From positions 1-64,000 of the forward strand of contig JADIIX010000092.1 of assembly GCA_027604505.1 (NCBI GenBank): DNA of 64,000 nt. Direction: 5' to 3'. Below the pieces are notes generated by a model that was not told the DNA's origin, searched no databases, and saw only the letters and a list, made by a program, of their open reading frames with translations. Both the position numbers and the translations under genes were made by a program. The stretch is from Gonapodya sp. JEL0774. Lineage: Eukaryota. Below are positions 12,774 through 28,054 of this stretch, piece by piece; positions within the stretch are counted from its first letter, which is position 1, and each line of letters starts with the position of its first letter.

Positions 12774-14835
12774 ATGCCTTCTGCCTCGTGCTCTACGGTT
12801 TCTGCGAGCTCCGCCAGATCCGCTGTCGGCATCCCAAAAACGCCGGCGTCTAAGACCACCTCACAGGACCGCCTGGCAAGCTCAATTGGGTGTCGTTATG
12901 TGATGACAAGCGGTTGCTTTTGTTTGCTGGCGTTTGTCGGGGTTTTGCTTCTTGTTTCGTTCTCTCCCCTTGTCACTTCCTACATCTCCTTTCCCCACCT
13001 CACAATCCCCGCTACATCCCTCTTCCCCTCTCTCCAATCTTCTCACAATGCCTGTCCCACCTCATTTCCTCTTCTGTGCCCCCTCTCCCTATTTTCCTTG
13101 TTGTTTTTTGTCGAAATCCCTACCTCTCTCGTCCCCCCCATTCCCATGTGGTTCTGGTCGCTCATTCCCTTTCTTTTCTTTGTCTTCTATGCGACCAGAC
13201 CGCGAAAAGCCAAAAAAATTTACAAAACTTCAAAAGGCAAAAACATCAAAAAACACAAAAGCCAAAAACAAAGCGGAGACGCGTCAGTCCACGTGTTAGC
13301 CGATCTCACAGAGCGGAAGAGCGCAGCTTCTCACGGAGCACCGAGGCCTGGCGGGCGCGATTCCAGGAACTACTACGAAGGCCCGTGGGGGCGGCTCGGT
13401 CGCACACCTGTCGATGACGTTTGTGCTTCGGGCTCTACAGAACTCAAATTTGGGAGGAAGTGGGATGGGGGCGCGATTGCTTATTTGAATCGCAAATACG
13501 GTCGGGATTTTGAGAAATTTAAACCTCGCGATTTCTCCCGTCCACAGGCACGATGCACCGACCCCCAGATCGATTCGATGGCTCCGACGATTCCCAGCAA
13601 TATGCTCTTTCGCACAGGTGTTGCACTTCACACGTTTCCCAGGTGAGCTTCTCCAGTGCAGCTCGTTCTGATTTCGGCGGTAAACCCACGTGATCCGCGC
13701 GCAGACCCTCCCAAACCCCAGAAAGAAAGAAGGATCCGAAAGGCACAGGCACGTTTCCCGCACCGCTCTCAAAAGTTTGTGCATCTTATCAAATGTTCAA
13801 GCAAGCACGACGCCGTGAGTGCTCTCTCATGTCGTTGTTAGTGCTTTTTGAGGATCTGGTTTTGATGACCATCCCATTTCTGCCTTCAATACATCCAGTT
13901 CATGGGGTGACAACCAGAACCATTCCTTACCGAATGTTGGAGCAGGAACATTATATTGAGCGCGAAGCCCAACGCAAGTCTGTTTGGGGCGACGAAGCTG
14001 GACGTGGTGCTCCAGAAGAGAAATTAACTATACGGTGTAGTAAACTGTTTCTGTACCACATGTAAGTTTCTGCTCGATCCCTTGCTTTCGGACATCTGTA
14101 CGGTTGTTATAAGTCAACTATCTGACATCATCGTCGGTTCAATCTCTTGACCCATATAGCGGCGCAACGGCAATTCATCCGGGCACGACAGCGACCTCGA
14201 AGAAGGTCGAAGGGTGTGGCAGTTCCCAAGCGTCGAGTTCATCCACAGCTCGCAAGTCCAGACGGCAACAAATACTGAGAGCGACAGAACATAGACGATC
14301 CACGCCCACCCCCGAGAGTTCTTCCAGCAATGCGGGATCTTTGACTCTGGAACCTCCCCGAAGACGACCGCCAACGGCAGCTTCTCCCATGACAAATCCC
14401 GAAAGAATCATGATGACTGAAGACGAGCACTGTCAACAAGCACTTCAGGATGTCCTCCGATTGTTGCAGACGAGGACACCACGCCGCCGACAACGATCCC
14501 CGTCCACTTCCGAACCCGACACAGTGTCCCTTTCATCGTCTCCGCAAGATCCTGCCCCAGACGAAGTCTCTCAAACCTCCATCGTTCAAGACTCACAAGT
14601 GGCTTCGAATTCCTTGGAGTTACATTCCATCCGACCGAGCGGGCCCCCACCGACTGTTATGACACCATCGATACTGCCAGTAGATCATTCAGAAGATCAA
14701 AGCTAGAGCACCGTTGAAGACGCGATCAGGGGCAGACATTGGACCATTTCGCTAGTGGCGGGCGTCAAGAGGGTGAGGAGTGGTGACGCTTACGAACACG
14801 ACGAGCTCAGGGTAAAAAGGAGGAGATTGGCGTGA
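12774..14835 (+). pseudogene. Lineage-specific hypothetical gene or decayed gene
   Basis: A 290-codon ORF ends at a GTGAGC donor (13643). A Ser/Pro/Arg-rich frame at ~14113-14835 is interrupted by TAG at 14704. Splice phases do not join cleanly and no domain is recognisable. Confidence 0.3.
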
Positions 14836-16476
14836 ATGAGGAGGTGACGGCCTACACGAGTACGATATTCCCACGAATCTCCACCCCCAGAGTGTCTTTT
14901 GCTTCTATGTGTGGATGGCAGTTTCTCGTTTCTGACTCGTTCACTTGTTCATTCAAATTTCGATCCTGAACAGCAGTTGAGACTGTGCAAGTGATCCTCG
15001 ACATGAACTGCCCATTTGCTTTTATCCTTGAGTAGGCGAGTACTTTGCTCTGTTTTGCTCGGTTCCTCTCCAGAACGCTGATCGGCAGCGATTGTTTTCC
15101 TTTTTATGCTGCATGTTTTGCCGACGACGAGGCATGACCAAGTGACATTTCAGTGGAGAGTGTGTTTTGGATTAGTGGATGAGAATCTTCAACCGGGCCG
15201 GACATGCTTGGTGTGAAAATCGCGGACAATGTCGCTGACATGGAGCATTCTTGGAGAGTGGACTTTAGTTCCTGTAATTATGTGTACGAAGGCAAGCACC
15301 ACTGTGCGTAGCGTTGTGATCAATAGAATTACAAGGTACCTCTGATCTGTTGGGTGAAATGGTTGCGAACTTCTCAATCCCTCACGGCAATGCCGATTGA
15401 CGGATCAGATGGAGCGAACCTGACCACTTGTGAATCAAATCGTCTCCACTGGAGCGCTTTATAGTGGAGCGTCTCGCAAAAGCAAAGGACCTCTGGATTC
15501 CAAGATCGTAGTCTTTGAGCTGTTGGTTGGTGTAGACATTGGTCCGGATTGTTCGATTCTTGGAAGAGTTGGCCCTATCAATGGCGATTCATTGTCCAGC
15601 TGAGTCCGACTTTTCCGTTCACGAACTCGTTGGTGGAATTGAAGGAAGCGTGGATGGTGGTTTCAGGGTGAACACCCCAGCTCTCGTTCCCGGTTCACGA
15701 TCATCCCTCCTCTTTTTTTCAAGTGTGTCCGCCGTGACGTCAAAGCCTAAAGAGTAGTTGATCGTATGAACAGATCGACGGAAATGCGGTACATAGTTTG
15801 AGTGTTGCGCGTACTATCTCTCCCATCCACCGATCCACCTCAACAACGGTCACAATGGCAGGCTGGTGTTCTGTTCAACCATCCAAAGGAGATAACACTG
15901 CCTGCAACCAGACGCTTGAAAGTCACACTAACAATGACGTTTTTTCTCTAACTGTCTGTGAATTACATGTACTTATGCAGGAATCTGCGTTCAAAAGTGA
16001 TGGGGCGACTAAGCGGGACGAAGACGTGAAAATCGTCGCTCCATTCACGTCTTCGTCCTACTTTGTTACACGAATTACGTCATTTACGTTTTCGTGTAAG
16101 TTCGTCGCCAAATTCACGCTTCCGTTTACTTCGTCGCCCCATTCACGCCTTTGTGATGCTTCGTCGCTCCATTCACGTCGTCCATCCGGCCATCCAATTG
16201 TACTCGAATCGTTACCCGGTCGATCGACGAGACTTGGATACGGCCGTTACCATGCCTGCGCGATTTGAAGGGAAAAATTTCACGGTTCAACGAGATCCAT
16301 TTCCCCTAGGAGCTTTGGAGCGTTTGGCGACCTTGATGCTTTTCTTTATCGTCGTTCGCATTTTGAAGGAGTTCTTGGAGTGATTTTGTTGTGGCGCAGC
16401 ACCGGTAAAAGTGCTTGTTTCTCCGAAAAGTCTCCCATCTCCGCCATTCACGACTGTCCCAAATCTGCACTCGTCA

Positions 16477-17790
16477 ATGCCTTCCTCTTCAAACGACTCC
16501 TCCTCCATTCCAGCTTTCCGTGGACCTGTCCTCATAAACGAACGTCACCTGCTGGACGACGGAGAGATCGACACTTACTCCCACAACGTAGTGTTTGTCC
16601 ATGAGGTGAAGGGAAACCTCAACACGGACGTCCTGGAAGCATGCTTCAAACGCCTGGGACTGCGCCACGAAAGCTTCAGGACACGATTCATTCGAAACGA
16701 TCATGGAAATTGGGAAAGGGTTGTTGACGCTGAATCGGATTCGAGGTTCAGGTTGGAGAGAATGGACTTTTCCGATATGGGAGAGCAGGAAGCGGAGAAA
16801 GCATCTCGAAAATTCGCTGCCGATACTTTTAAAGTCACCTTCGATCGTGCCGTGGGACCGTTGGTTGTGCCCTCCCTTATCACCCTTGCACCTGGGCGCT
16901 GGTGGCTGGTGTATAAGGGGGATCATCTTATTATGGACGGTTATGCGTTTGCAGTTGCGCTCAGAGACTTGGTGCGCATGTACACGGAAGGGACCAAAGA
17001 TAGTTCCGAGATCCCGCGGCCTCCTCAACCTCGAGAATATGCACAAATTTTAGAAAAAATCCTGGACGACGCCCGTGAGAAGTCGTTGGCGTGGAGGGAG
17101 CCGTATCCCGACAATGGTTTCCGACTTCTGAAAGACTCCACGCGTCCTGGAGGCGATAATCCGACCGGTGTTCGCGTCATGTTCCCTCTCGGAATGACAG
17201 CTGCTATTGACTCCATCTCCAAAACGAGCGGTGTTTCTCGTTCCGCGCCCTTCCTCCTGGCGCTCGCTGCGGGGCTGAGGGCAGTTGCCAACAGACCCGA
17301 CGTTGGATACCAGCTCATCCGTAGTGGGAGGCGTGACGACCAATCCCGGGGTATTGTCGGGTGTCTCGCTTGGGGGGATGCTTGGAACGTCAGGTTGGAG
17401 GATGGGGAGACGTGGGCGGATGGCCTGGGAAAAGCGCAATCTTTCCTCGAGGACCGAGCTCCCTGGAGGATGCTATATATTCCTGAAGTCAACCCTCCGT
17501 CGGCTCGAATCGCCCTCAACGTGAACAGGTTCGACACCGCTCTGCAAATTCCCGGTGTGACCGTGGTCCCTCGAGTGGATGTTACGACGGACGTCGTGAT
17601 GTGGAAGTCCCACGACATGCTCGTGCAAGTATTCCCTATGCCTGGCATGACAATCGGCGTAGTTAGATACAGGGAGTGCATGTTTGAGGCTGCGACTATA
17701 TCAAAGTTGACCGCCGCAATGGCGGGAGCGATCACTGCGATGTGCGGAGATATGCAGCAAAAGTTCCCTAGTCTCGCTGCAACGGCGTAG
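16477..17790 (+). CDS. Stand-alone NRPS-type condensation-domain protein (CoA-dependent acyltransferase fold), intronless, ~437 aa
   Basis: RHESFRTRF (core C2), active-site DHLIMDG (HHxxxDG-type, 16921-16941), SGRR...IVGCLA and YRECMFEAATI. No adenylation or carrier domain. Confidence 0.85.
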   Translation: MPSSSNDSSSIPAFRGPVLINERHLLDDGEIDTYSHNVVFVHEVKGNLNTDVLEACFKRLGLRHESFRTRFIRNDHGNWERVVDAESDSRFRLERMDFSDMGEQEAEKASRKFAADTFKVTFDRAVGPLVVPSLITLAPGRWWLVYKGDHLIMDGYAFAVALRDLVRMYTEGTKDSSEIPRPPQPREYAQILEKILDDAREKSLAWREPYPDNGFRLLKDSTRPGGDNPTGVRVMFPLGMTAAIDSISKTSGVSRSAPFLLALAAGLRAVANRPDVGYQLIRSGRRDDQSRGIVGCLAWGDAWNVRLEDGETWADGLGKAQSFLEDRAPWRMLYIPEVNPPSARIALNVNRFDTALQIPGVTVVPRVDVTTDVVMWKSHDMLVQVFPMPGMTIGVVRYRECMFEAATISKLTAAMAGAITAMCGDMQQKFPSLAATA

Positions 17791-18849
17791 GATCTCTCCA
17801 CGATAGGATAATCTTCAACAACTACCGAGCGATAACAAATCTTCAAATAAAATCCTAATGTAAACGGTCGTGTACTGGAGCGTGTACAGAGTACCACCAT
17901 GATCTGATATCCGCGTCTTCGCTTTTTATCATCGTCTTGGCAGAAACACTTCCATCTCTCTGTATTTCTTTCATATTTTACTTTGTTCGGGATACGTCAC
18001 GCTAAAGTCATCGTCCAAGCAGCAACAATAGGGAAGGACCCCTCCCAGCGGCAATTACATTGGAAGAGGGGAACATCAATTGCAACATTGTAGAGCTTTT
18101 TCGTAACAGCAACTCCATCTATGAAACTACGGAGATCGCGACAACACCAGATCAAAATATAGTGTTTCCAGCATACGCTCGTACGGCAGCAGAGCCATCA
18201 TCTTCGACGAAACAAAATCCCGAACCAATCAAACTCTCATGCGGTCCTCGACGCTGCTGTTGTCTCCACATCGCGAATACCTGTGACGTCGACGCTTGTG
18301 TTGAGGAACGAAGTGCTGTAGAGGTTGTGTGAATGGGCGGCTCTCTGATCGAACCTAGAACGCGTCAACTTACCCGAAGAGGAGGGGCATGATGAACTTG
18401 AGAAATTCAGAAAATTCAATAAATTGAGGACGGTTGGAAGATCACCGTGATGATCTCTAAAACCCACGTAAGGGATGCCTGAACGATAAATCAAACGATA
18501 TGAGTGATATCGTATATCATGATGCGATTCCGAGCACCTTTCACTAACCTTGAATAAAGTATGAAGAAAGCAATGCCTGTAGATGATAGCGCAAATCAGT
18601 TTCCTGATCTTTGAATTATATAACCGCTTGAATCGACAACTCACTCGAGATGTTGACGTGGGCGAGTTCCAAATCAAATCTTGGATTCTATAAGTGCAGA
18701 AGCTAACGAACGAACATCACAATTTATCGTTCATCCGAAAAGAGCGAACCTAAACGTTCAAAATCTCACACTGCTCCAATGGCTGACGTTCGCGAACAAA
18801 CGACACGGGAAATCAAACTTCCGCATGCCGGAACCTCAACGTGATTACG

Positions 18850-19619
18850 TACCCGCGTAAACTGAAACAGGGATCCTGTTCTTGGCGATTCCACCTTTTG
18901 AGTCCGAAACGAGTGCGATTAACCTGGCGATCAACATGTTTAAGCCCTGATCTTCCAACCACCACCACGGTATCAATTCATTCAAACACTGACGAGTAAA
19001 TGTTGACGAAAGTGAAGAAGGCCCAGAACCACCTTGATCGCATGGAAGGGAGAAGCCGCGTGCAAAATCTCGCGATCTCGCAACACCAACATCGTCCTTG
19101 CTCACCAGTCCAAGCTCCACTGCTGCCGAGGACCGTAAGTTTGGTAGAAAGGACCGGATGTCTCGTACGGTGGTCCCCCGGCATCCTATTTCAACATGAG
19201 TATATGCGCTTGTATCACTGATTGGCCATACAGCCCACACTCTGAAAGCACACTCACGTTACTCCGGCGTTGAAGGACAGAGAGAGACACTAGCTGGATA
19301 GCCCAACCACCGAGTAGAAGAAACACCATGAGAGCAACTACAAGCACGACGCGGGGGGTGAGTGATGTTCGGCTCCAGATACGCTGTCCACCAACCCACT
19401 GAGTGCCCGACTGCGGGAAAACGCGACGAGGAGGGCCACGGTGAGTGACAGAATCGTTCGCGATCAGAAAACGAACGAAGCGCTATTTGGCAACTCACTG
19501 GATGCGAGTTGTAGGAAGCGCTAGGTGCTGTAGTGTGTGTACAAGTGAGGTCGCTGAGGTGGTCCGGGGGACACTGGAGTAGAACCCAACTCGGTCTGAG
19601 AACTCACCGGGAAAGCCAT
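18850..19619 (-). CDS. Small multi-exon membrane protein, possibly Sho1-like TM region; 3' end not resolved
   Basis: ATG at 19619, with donors at 19607, ~19498 and ~19257. Exon peptides: ALMVFLLLGGWAIQLVSLSVLQ, WSLDWWFWAFFTFVNIY and LIALVSDSKGGIAKNRIPVSVYA. Confidence 0.4.
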
Positions 19620-20013
19620 TGTAGTGAGAGAAAGCTGTTTGCTAAACAGGAAAGTCGTGCGATTGGTGGTTTGAAGTGAAAGTGTGTGTGGGGAAAGTCG
19701 TGGGAAGTGCCGCTATTTGTAGGCGCTGTGTTGACGTCATCATAACCGAGCTTACCAAACCCGCCTCTTGGCTCGTGATAAATAATCGACACAGGATCAC
19801 ATGATAGTTTCAGTTCTACATATATATAGAGCCCACGCATTACACCTACTCCCTTTGACAAATGCATTTGCAGATTTTTGTAACACATCACGTCACATGT
19901 AATCAAAATCATCGAATTACACACAAACAAAATTAGATTCCGGCCCCACGTATGTAATCACGCTCCTCCCCGCACTTCCCCGCTGTCCCCCGCCTCCCGC
20001 CCCCATTCCCGAT

Positions 20014-23344
<3,331 letters not shown>

Positions 23345-23491
23345 CGGTGGGGAGTGGGTGGGACTACTGGATATGTTTCGAGCGGGGTTTGTTCTTCACC
23401 TGTGCTCTGGCTGTGGTCACTTTCGATCACCCGCTACCTCCTTCCCACTCACCCTTCCCCCACTCTCCATTTCAATTCAGTCCCCACACAA

Positions 23492-24403
23492 ATGGTCTGC
23501 ACATCTCCCCTTTCCCCTTTCTTTCCCCCCTTCCCGCCCTTCTCACTCACCTTCCCCTCCCTTCCTTCCCCTCCCTTCCCTTCCCTCCCCTAAAGATCAT
23601 CAGACTCCGCTCTCCTGACGCTCAAGCCAGACTCACGCTCAATCCCAGCGATGATGCTTTCTCCTTATTCAATCTGGTATTCTCTCTCTCCCTTGTTTCT
23701 CTTCTCTCTCTCTTCCAATCACCCTCTCTCTCTCTCTCTCTCTCTCTCCTCTCCTCACATCTCAAGGCCGCAAATCATCTCAACATCCCAATCTCCTCTT
23801 TCTCATTGGCTCTCAATCCAACAGGTGCAAATCCTATATCTCCTACCAAGGGCGCGTCCCTCGCCAGTCTCGGCCTCAAGTGCGTGTCTCCACCAGGTTG
23901 CGTCACCTACCCACCCCCCCTCATTCACCCTCCTCCTCTCTTGTTTCCCTTTCTCCATTCTCCCCATCTCTAACAAAAACTTCGACTCTTGCTTCTTTTT
24001 TTTTTGTCTCTCGTTCCTCCTCCCTCCCCACTTGGTACTCCATGCACCAACTCTCACCTCCCCCCCACCCAACCCCAACCACCACCCCCTCAGACACGGC
24101 GACCAAATATACGCCATCTACGACCGCTCCTCCGTCCTTCCCTCACCTCCCGCTCCCCCCTCCTCCACTCCCTCCCTCCCCTCCCCACCACAACACCTCA
24201 ACGGCACCCCTGCACCCTCAACCTCAACCGACCCCCCCACCACCACCCACAACACCCTGCCCGCCGTCGACCCCGCCTCCGTCGTCCCCGAGCCCGTCGA
24301 CCTCATCCTCGAAAAGGCAGACGGCCTCATCAAGAGGGACAGGGACCCCAGGTTCTGCAGGCACGGCGACCTCGGCATGTGTGACTACTGTAGGCCGCTC
24401 GAG
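23492..24403 (+). CDS. NPL4: NPL4 (Cdc48 adaptor), N-terminal exons only
   Basis: [14 protein letters not shown]...LASLGLK/HGDQIY (ubiquitin-like domain) and [36 protein letters not shown] (first NPL4 zinc finger). The remainder of the gene is absent. Confidence 0.88.
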
Positions 24404-24671
24404 GTATGTTAATGTTATGGGCGGCCGGCCCGGGTGGCTGGGGGGCGCGTGTGGTGTGTGAGCGGGTCGGCCGGGTGGCCATTCCATATGACAAGTGAGG
24501 AGGTGGTTGGTCGTGCGGGGGACAGGAACCAAGTCCCGTCGTTCGTGTTCCATGTGACACGATGGCCAACCCCCCCGTTCCCCTTCTCCCCCGTCCCTCA
24601 CCCCCCTTCCCCCCTATCTTCCCCCCCCCCCCTACCCCCCACCCCCCCTCCTACCCCCCCAATCCCCAAAG

Positions 24672-24861
24672 CGGCCCCCACCGCTTCTCCTACGACCCCC
24701 CGACCCACCGGTGGATATCCACCCGGGACGGCACCTTTCTCGACGAGCTCATCGAAAGGGAGGTGGGCGGGTTGGTCGGGAGGACGGTGGGGGTAGGGGT
24801 GGACGGTGGCGGGGTTGGAGGAAGCGGGGGAGGGACGGGGGGTGGAGGGGGGAAGGGGTGA
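24672..24861 (+). CDS. Orphan last exon of frataxin (CyaY family)
   Basis: After an AAG acceptor: (S)GPHRFSYDPPTHRWISTRDGTFLDELIEREV, matching the frataxin C-terminal SGPKRY..W...RDG..L.ELL..E pattern. Confidence 0.75.
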
Positions 24862-25755
24862 GAGCTGATGGGTGATGGATGGTGGGAGGGTCGTGGGTGA
24901 GAACGACGAGTTTGAATGCGGTGGATGAGATGAGAGGCGTGAACGGTGTGCGAGCACGAACCGTACAAGAAAAGCGAGCGCACACACGAGACGAGACGAG
25001 CAGGGACGCAGGCGCAGGACCCCCCGGACCCTTTGACCGTGGCACCCCTGGCACTGTGTCGGGTCACTGGCCAGGGGGGGCCCGCAACAGTCATCATCGA
25101 GACACCCCAGTTCCCACCTGGACGCACAAGGAACCACAACCACCGACCAGTGACTCCTCGAGGACACAGGACAGACCCCCACCCGTTTTCTCGCATACAG
25201 CACAACACACGGGCACATAATCATTGTACTTTCGCCTGTTACTTGCTTCTTGCAATTCGAATAAACATTCTCATGTGTACACATGTATTACACCATCATT
25301 TCACCAACCCGGGCACCCAGGGCCTAGGGGTCTGTTCACGCTCGGTACCTACTACTACCTTCCTCCCATGATCTGGCCCCATCCCACCCACCCACTCCAC
25401 CCACCCCCACGCCACGGCCCACGAAACCATGTGGGCGCCTGAGTTCCAGACAACCAGTGCACCACCGGTCGCGTCGTGGGTCGGAAAGTCGGAGGGGTCG
25501 CATAGTCTGCCAGCGGATTTTCGTTTTCTCGGTGTGGGGGGTATTTTCACCGGCTCACGCTCCATGTCGTGGTGGGCGGCAGTCCCCAGAAGTCACACCC
25601 AAAGGCCCACCCCGAAAGGCCCACCCCTGCTCCCTGCCCACCATTCCTCACTCTCGCGCCCGTGCTGGTGCCTCCTGCCCCGTGCCCCGTGCCCCGTGCC
25701 CCGTCCCCTGTGCCCGCTCCCCCATCCCCTTCTTCCTCCCCCCTCCGCCGCCCCA

Positions 25756-27845
25756 TCACAGCCCTCCCTTCCCCTCCGCCACCACCCACTCCGCCACCTT
25801 CCGCACTCCAGCCCACGTCTCCTTCCCACTGGGGTCGATCTCGCTCGCGGGCAGGACGAACCCGTGCGCACCCGTGTCGCGAAGCTCCACGCCGTAGGAA
25901 TACGTCACGTTGGCCACACCGTACATGTAGTCGGTGGAGGAGCCCGAGGCCTGCGCAGGGGACAGGGGGGGGGTGGGGGGTGTAAGGGTGGGTGAGTGGG
26001 TTTGCGAAAGAAGGGGAAGGGGAGGAGAGGTGGGAGAGGTGGGACGGGGCATCAAATACGTACGGGATAGATGGTCCGGCAGATGGTGCCCGCGGTGAAC
26101 TTCTTGCCGTTGACCTGACGTGACACGGGAGTGTGCAGTGTGCGGGTCCGACGGGTCAGTTGCTTGTCAACCCCATCCCACCCGCGCCCCCTTCACTCAC
26201 CCCCTGCACCGCTTTCACGGCTTCCCCCGCGGCCCGAATCTGCCGGGCCTCGTCCCGCGGGTCACCCTCGCACGTGTACCCCCACGGACTCATCCATAGT
26301 TGTGAGTAGGCGTGGAAGTCTGGGGGGGGGGGGCGGGGGGAAGGGTGTGGTCAACGAGCCACATCCTTTCCTCGACCACAACGACGTCGTCCCTCCTGTG
26401 CCGCGTGTACGCGTGTGCGTTTTTGCTCTCCTCTCACCGATGTAGGCCCGCACGTCCACCCCGGCCGCTTTCCTCCCCAACACGTAGTCCGCGATGGCCT
26501 TGGGTTCCGGCGCCGAGAACGGAGAAGGGCCCAGGTAGGCCTCGGAGCACGGGTTGTGCGAGGACCCGCCTGACACGGGGGACGATCGATGATTCCAAGC
26601 GGCGGGGGTGGCGGGGGGGAGTGGCGGGAGGGGGCAGGTCGAAGATGGGTGACCCGAGTCACGCGTACGAGGCTGCACACACGCGAGAGAACGGCTCACC
26701 GGTGTTCCAGCGGTAATCCCAGTTGCGGTTGGTGTCGGTGCCGACGCAGGGGAAGATGGAGGATCCGTGGTTGGGTTGGCGGTTTTTCCGCCACTGGGGG
26801 GTGGGGTGGAGGGGGGAGGGGTGGTGCACGAGACGAGCGACATCGCGGGATGACGTGGACGCCAGCTTCGCCGTCGGAAACCGCGATGCAGCACACTTAC
26901 CATGCGGTCCTTCTGCCACGTGTAGACGTACCCGTCAACGTTGAGGACCGGCACGACCGTCCACTCGAACTGGGCCAGGGCGCGATCTTGCGGCGAGTCG
27001 AGCGTGGGGGTAGCAAGGACGGTGGCGAGGGCGTCCAGCATATACAGAGACACGGCGGTGGAGATCCATTCACGGGCGTGCTGGCCGCCGTGGAAGACGA
27101 AGCCCAGGGGTGGGTGGCCCGAGGTGGAGGTGTCTGGTTGCGGGGTAGCGCGGGGAGGGTCGTGCGGGGTGGGGTTCTTGCCCTTCATTTTGGCGACCTG
27201 GAGAGAGGGGGCACGAGTGGATATACAGATCAGTGAGGGAGAGTTTCAACCGGCAGGGCAGGGCAGGGCGTTGACTCGGTCTGGCTCGCTCACCCTCGTG
27301 GGGGTGAAGGTGTCTGCGGTTCGGGCGAGTCTCACGCCCCATATCGTACGTCCTTCGTAGGTTTTTCCGATTTCGGTCATGGTTACCAGATCAGGGTGCC
27401 GTGCAACGAGTGCGTTGAGGTACTCCACGATATCATCGTACGGGTGGTAACTGGTGAGGAACGATTTCCCAGCACCACTCGCGAGGAGAACCTCCTCCCG
27501 CTCCGCATCCACGAGCTTCTGAATATCCTCCACGATAATGACACCGTCCATGTCCTCGAGTTGTTCCGCGAACCGGGTCCGCTGTTCCAGGGTCATCCGA
27601 ACGTCCACGACGGTGCCCATCTCCTCCGTCATTCGAGGGTGGGACCAGAAATCCACGCCATTGTCAAGCCAGTGCTGGAGAATTGTGTGGTGGGCGGGAG
27701 TGCGGGGGAAAAGTCTTATCAGGGCGTGGTCGTCGAAGCGTCGCAGATGGGAATGGAGGGTGATGGGAAGCTGGTGGTTGGCGACTGTGGCCAAAACGAC
27801 GTGGAGCAAGGAGAGTGCGAGAGTTGCCGTGAGAAATGAACGCAT
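25756..27845 (-). CDS. Secreted zinc carboxypeptidase, M14A family, with propeptide; multi-exon
   Basis: Signal peptide [14 protein letters not shown]; propeptide [45 protein letters not shown] and SGSSTDY...YGVELRD. Confidence 0.93.
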
Positions 27846-28054
27846 CGAGAATGGAGCTCGATGGGACCGCAGTTCTGGAGGATCCGATGCTTGGGGGGCA
27901 CAACTGGTGATGCAGGACGAAGGAGGCCTCAGATCAGCCAAACCCACCCTGAGGGACACACCACAAGGCACGTCCATGCTCCGAGTACTTCTATCCGAAA
28001 TTGTGAGCGACTGTCGGTGCGCAGACCCAAAAAGACAAATGTATTTTAATGGAT

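Noticed and set aside
17025..17900. 291-aa minus-strand ORF
   Set aside because: Antisense to the condensation-domain gene, with no motif of its own.
23492..24861. Novel NPL4-frataxin fusion protein
   Set aside because: The donor is phase 0 and the frataxin exon is phase 2, so no in-frame fusion is possible.
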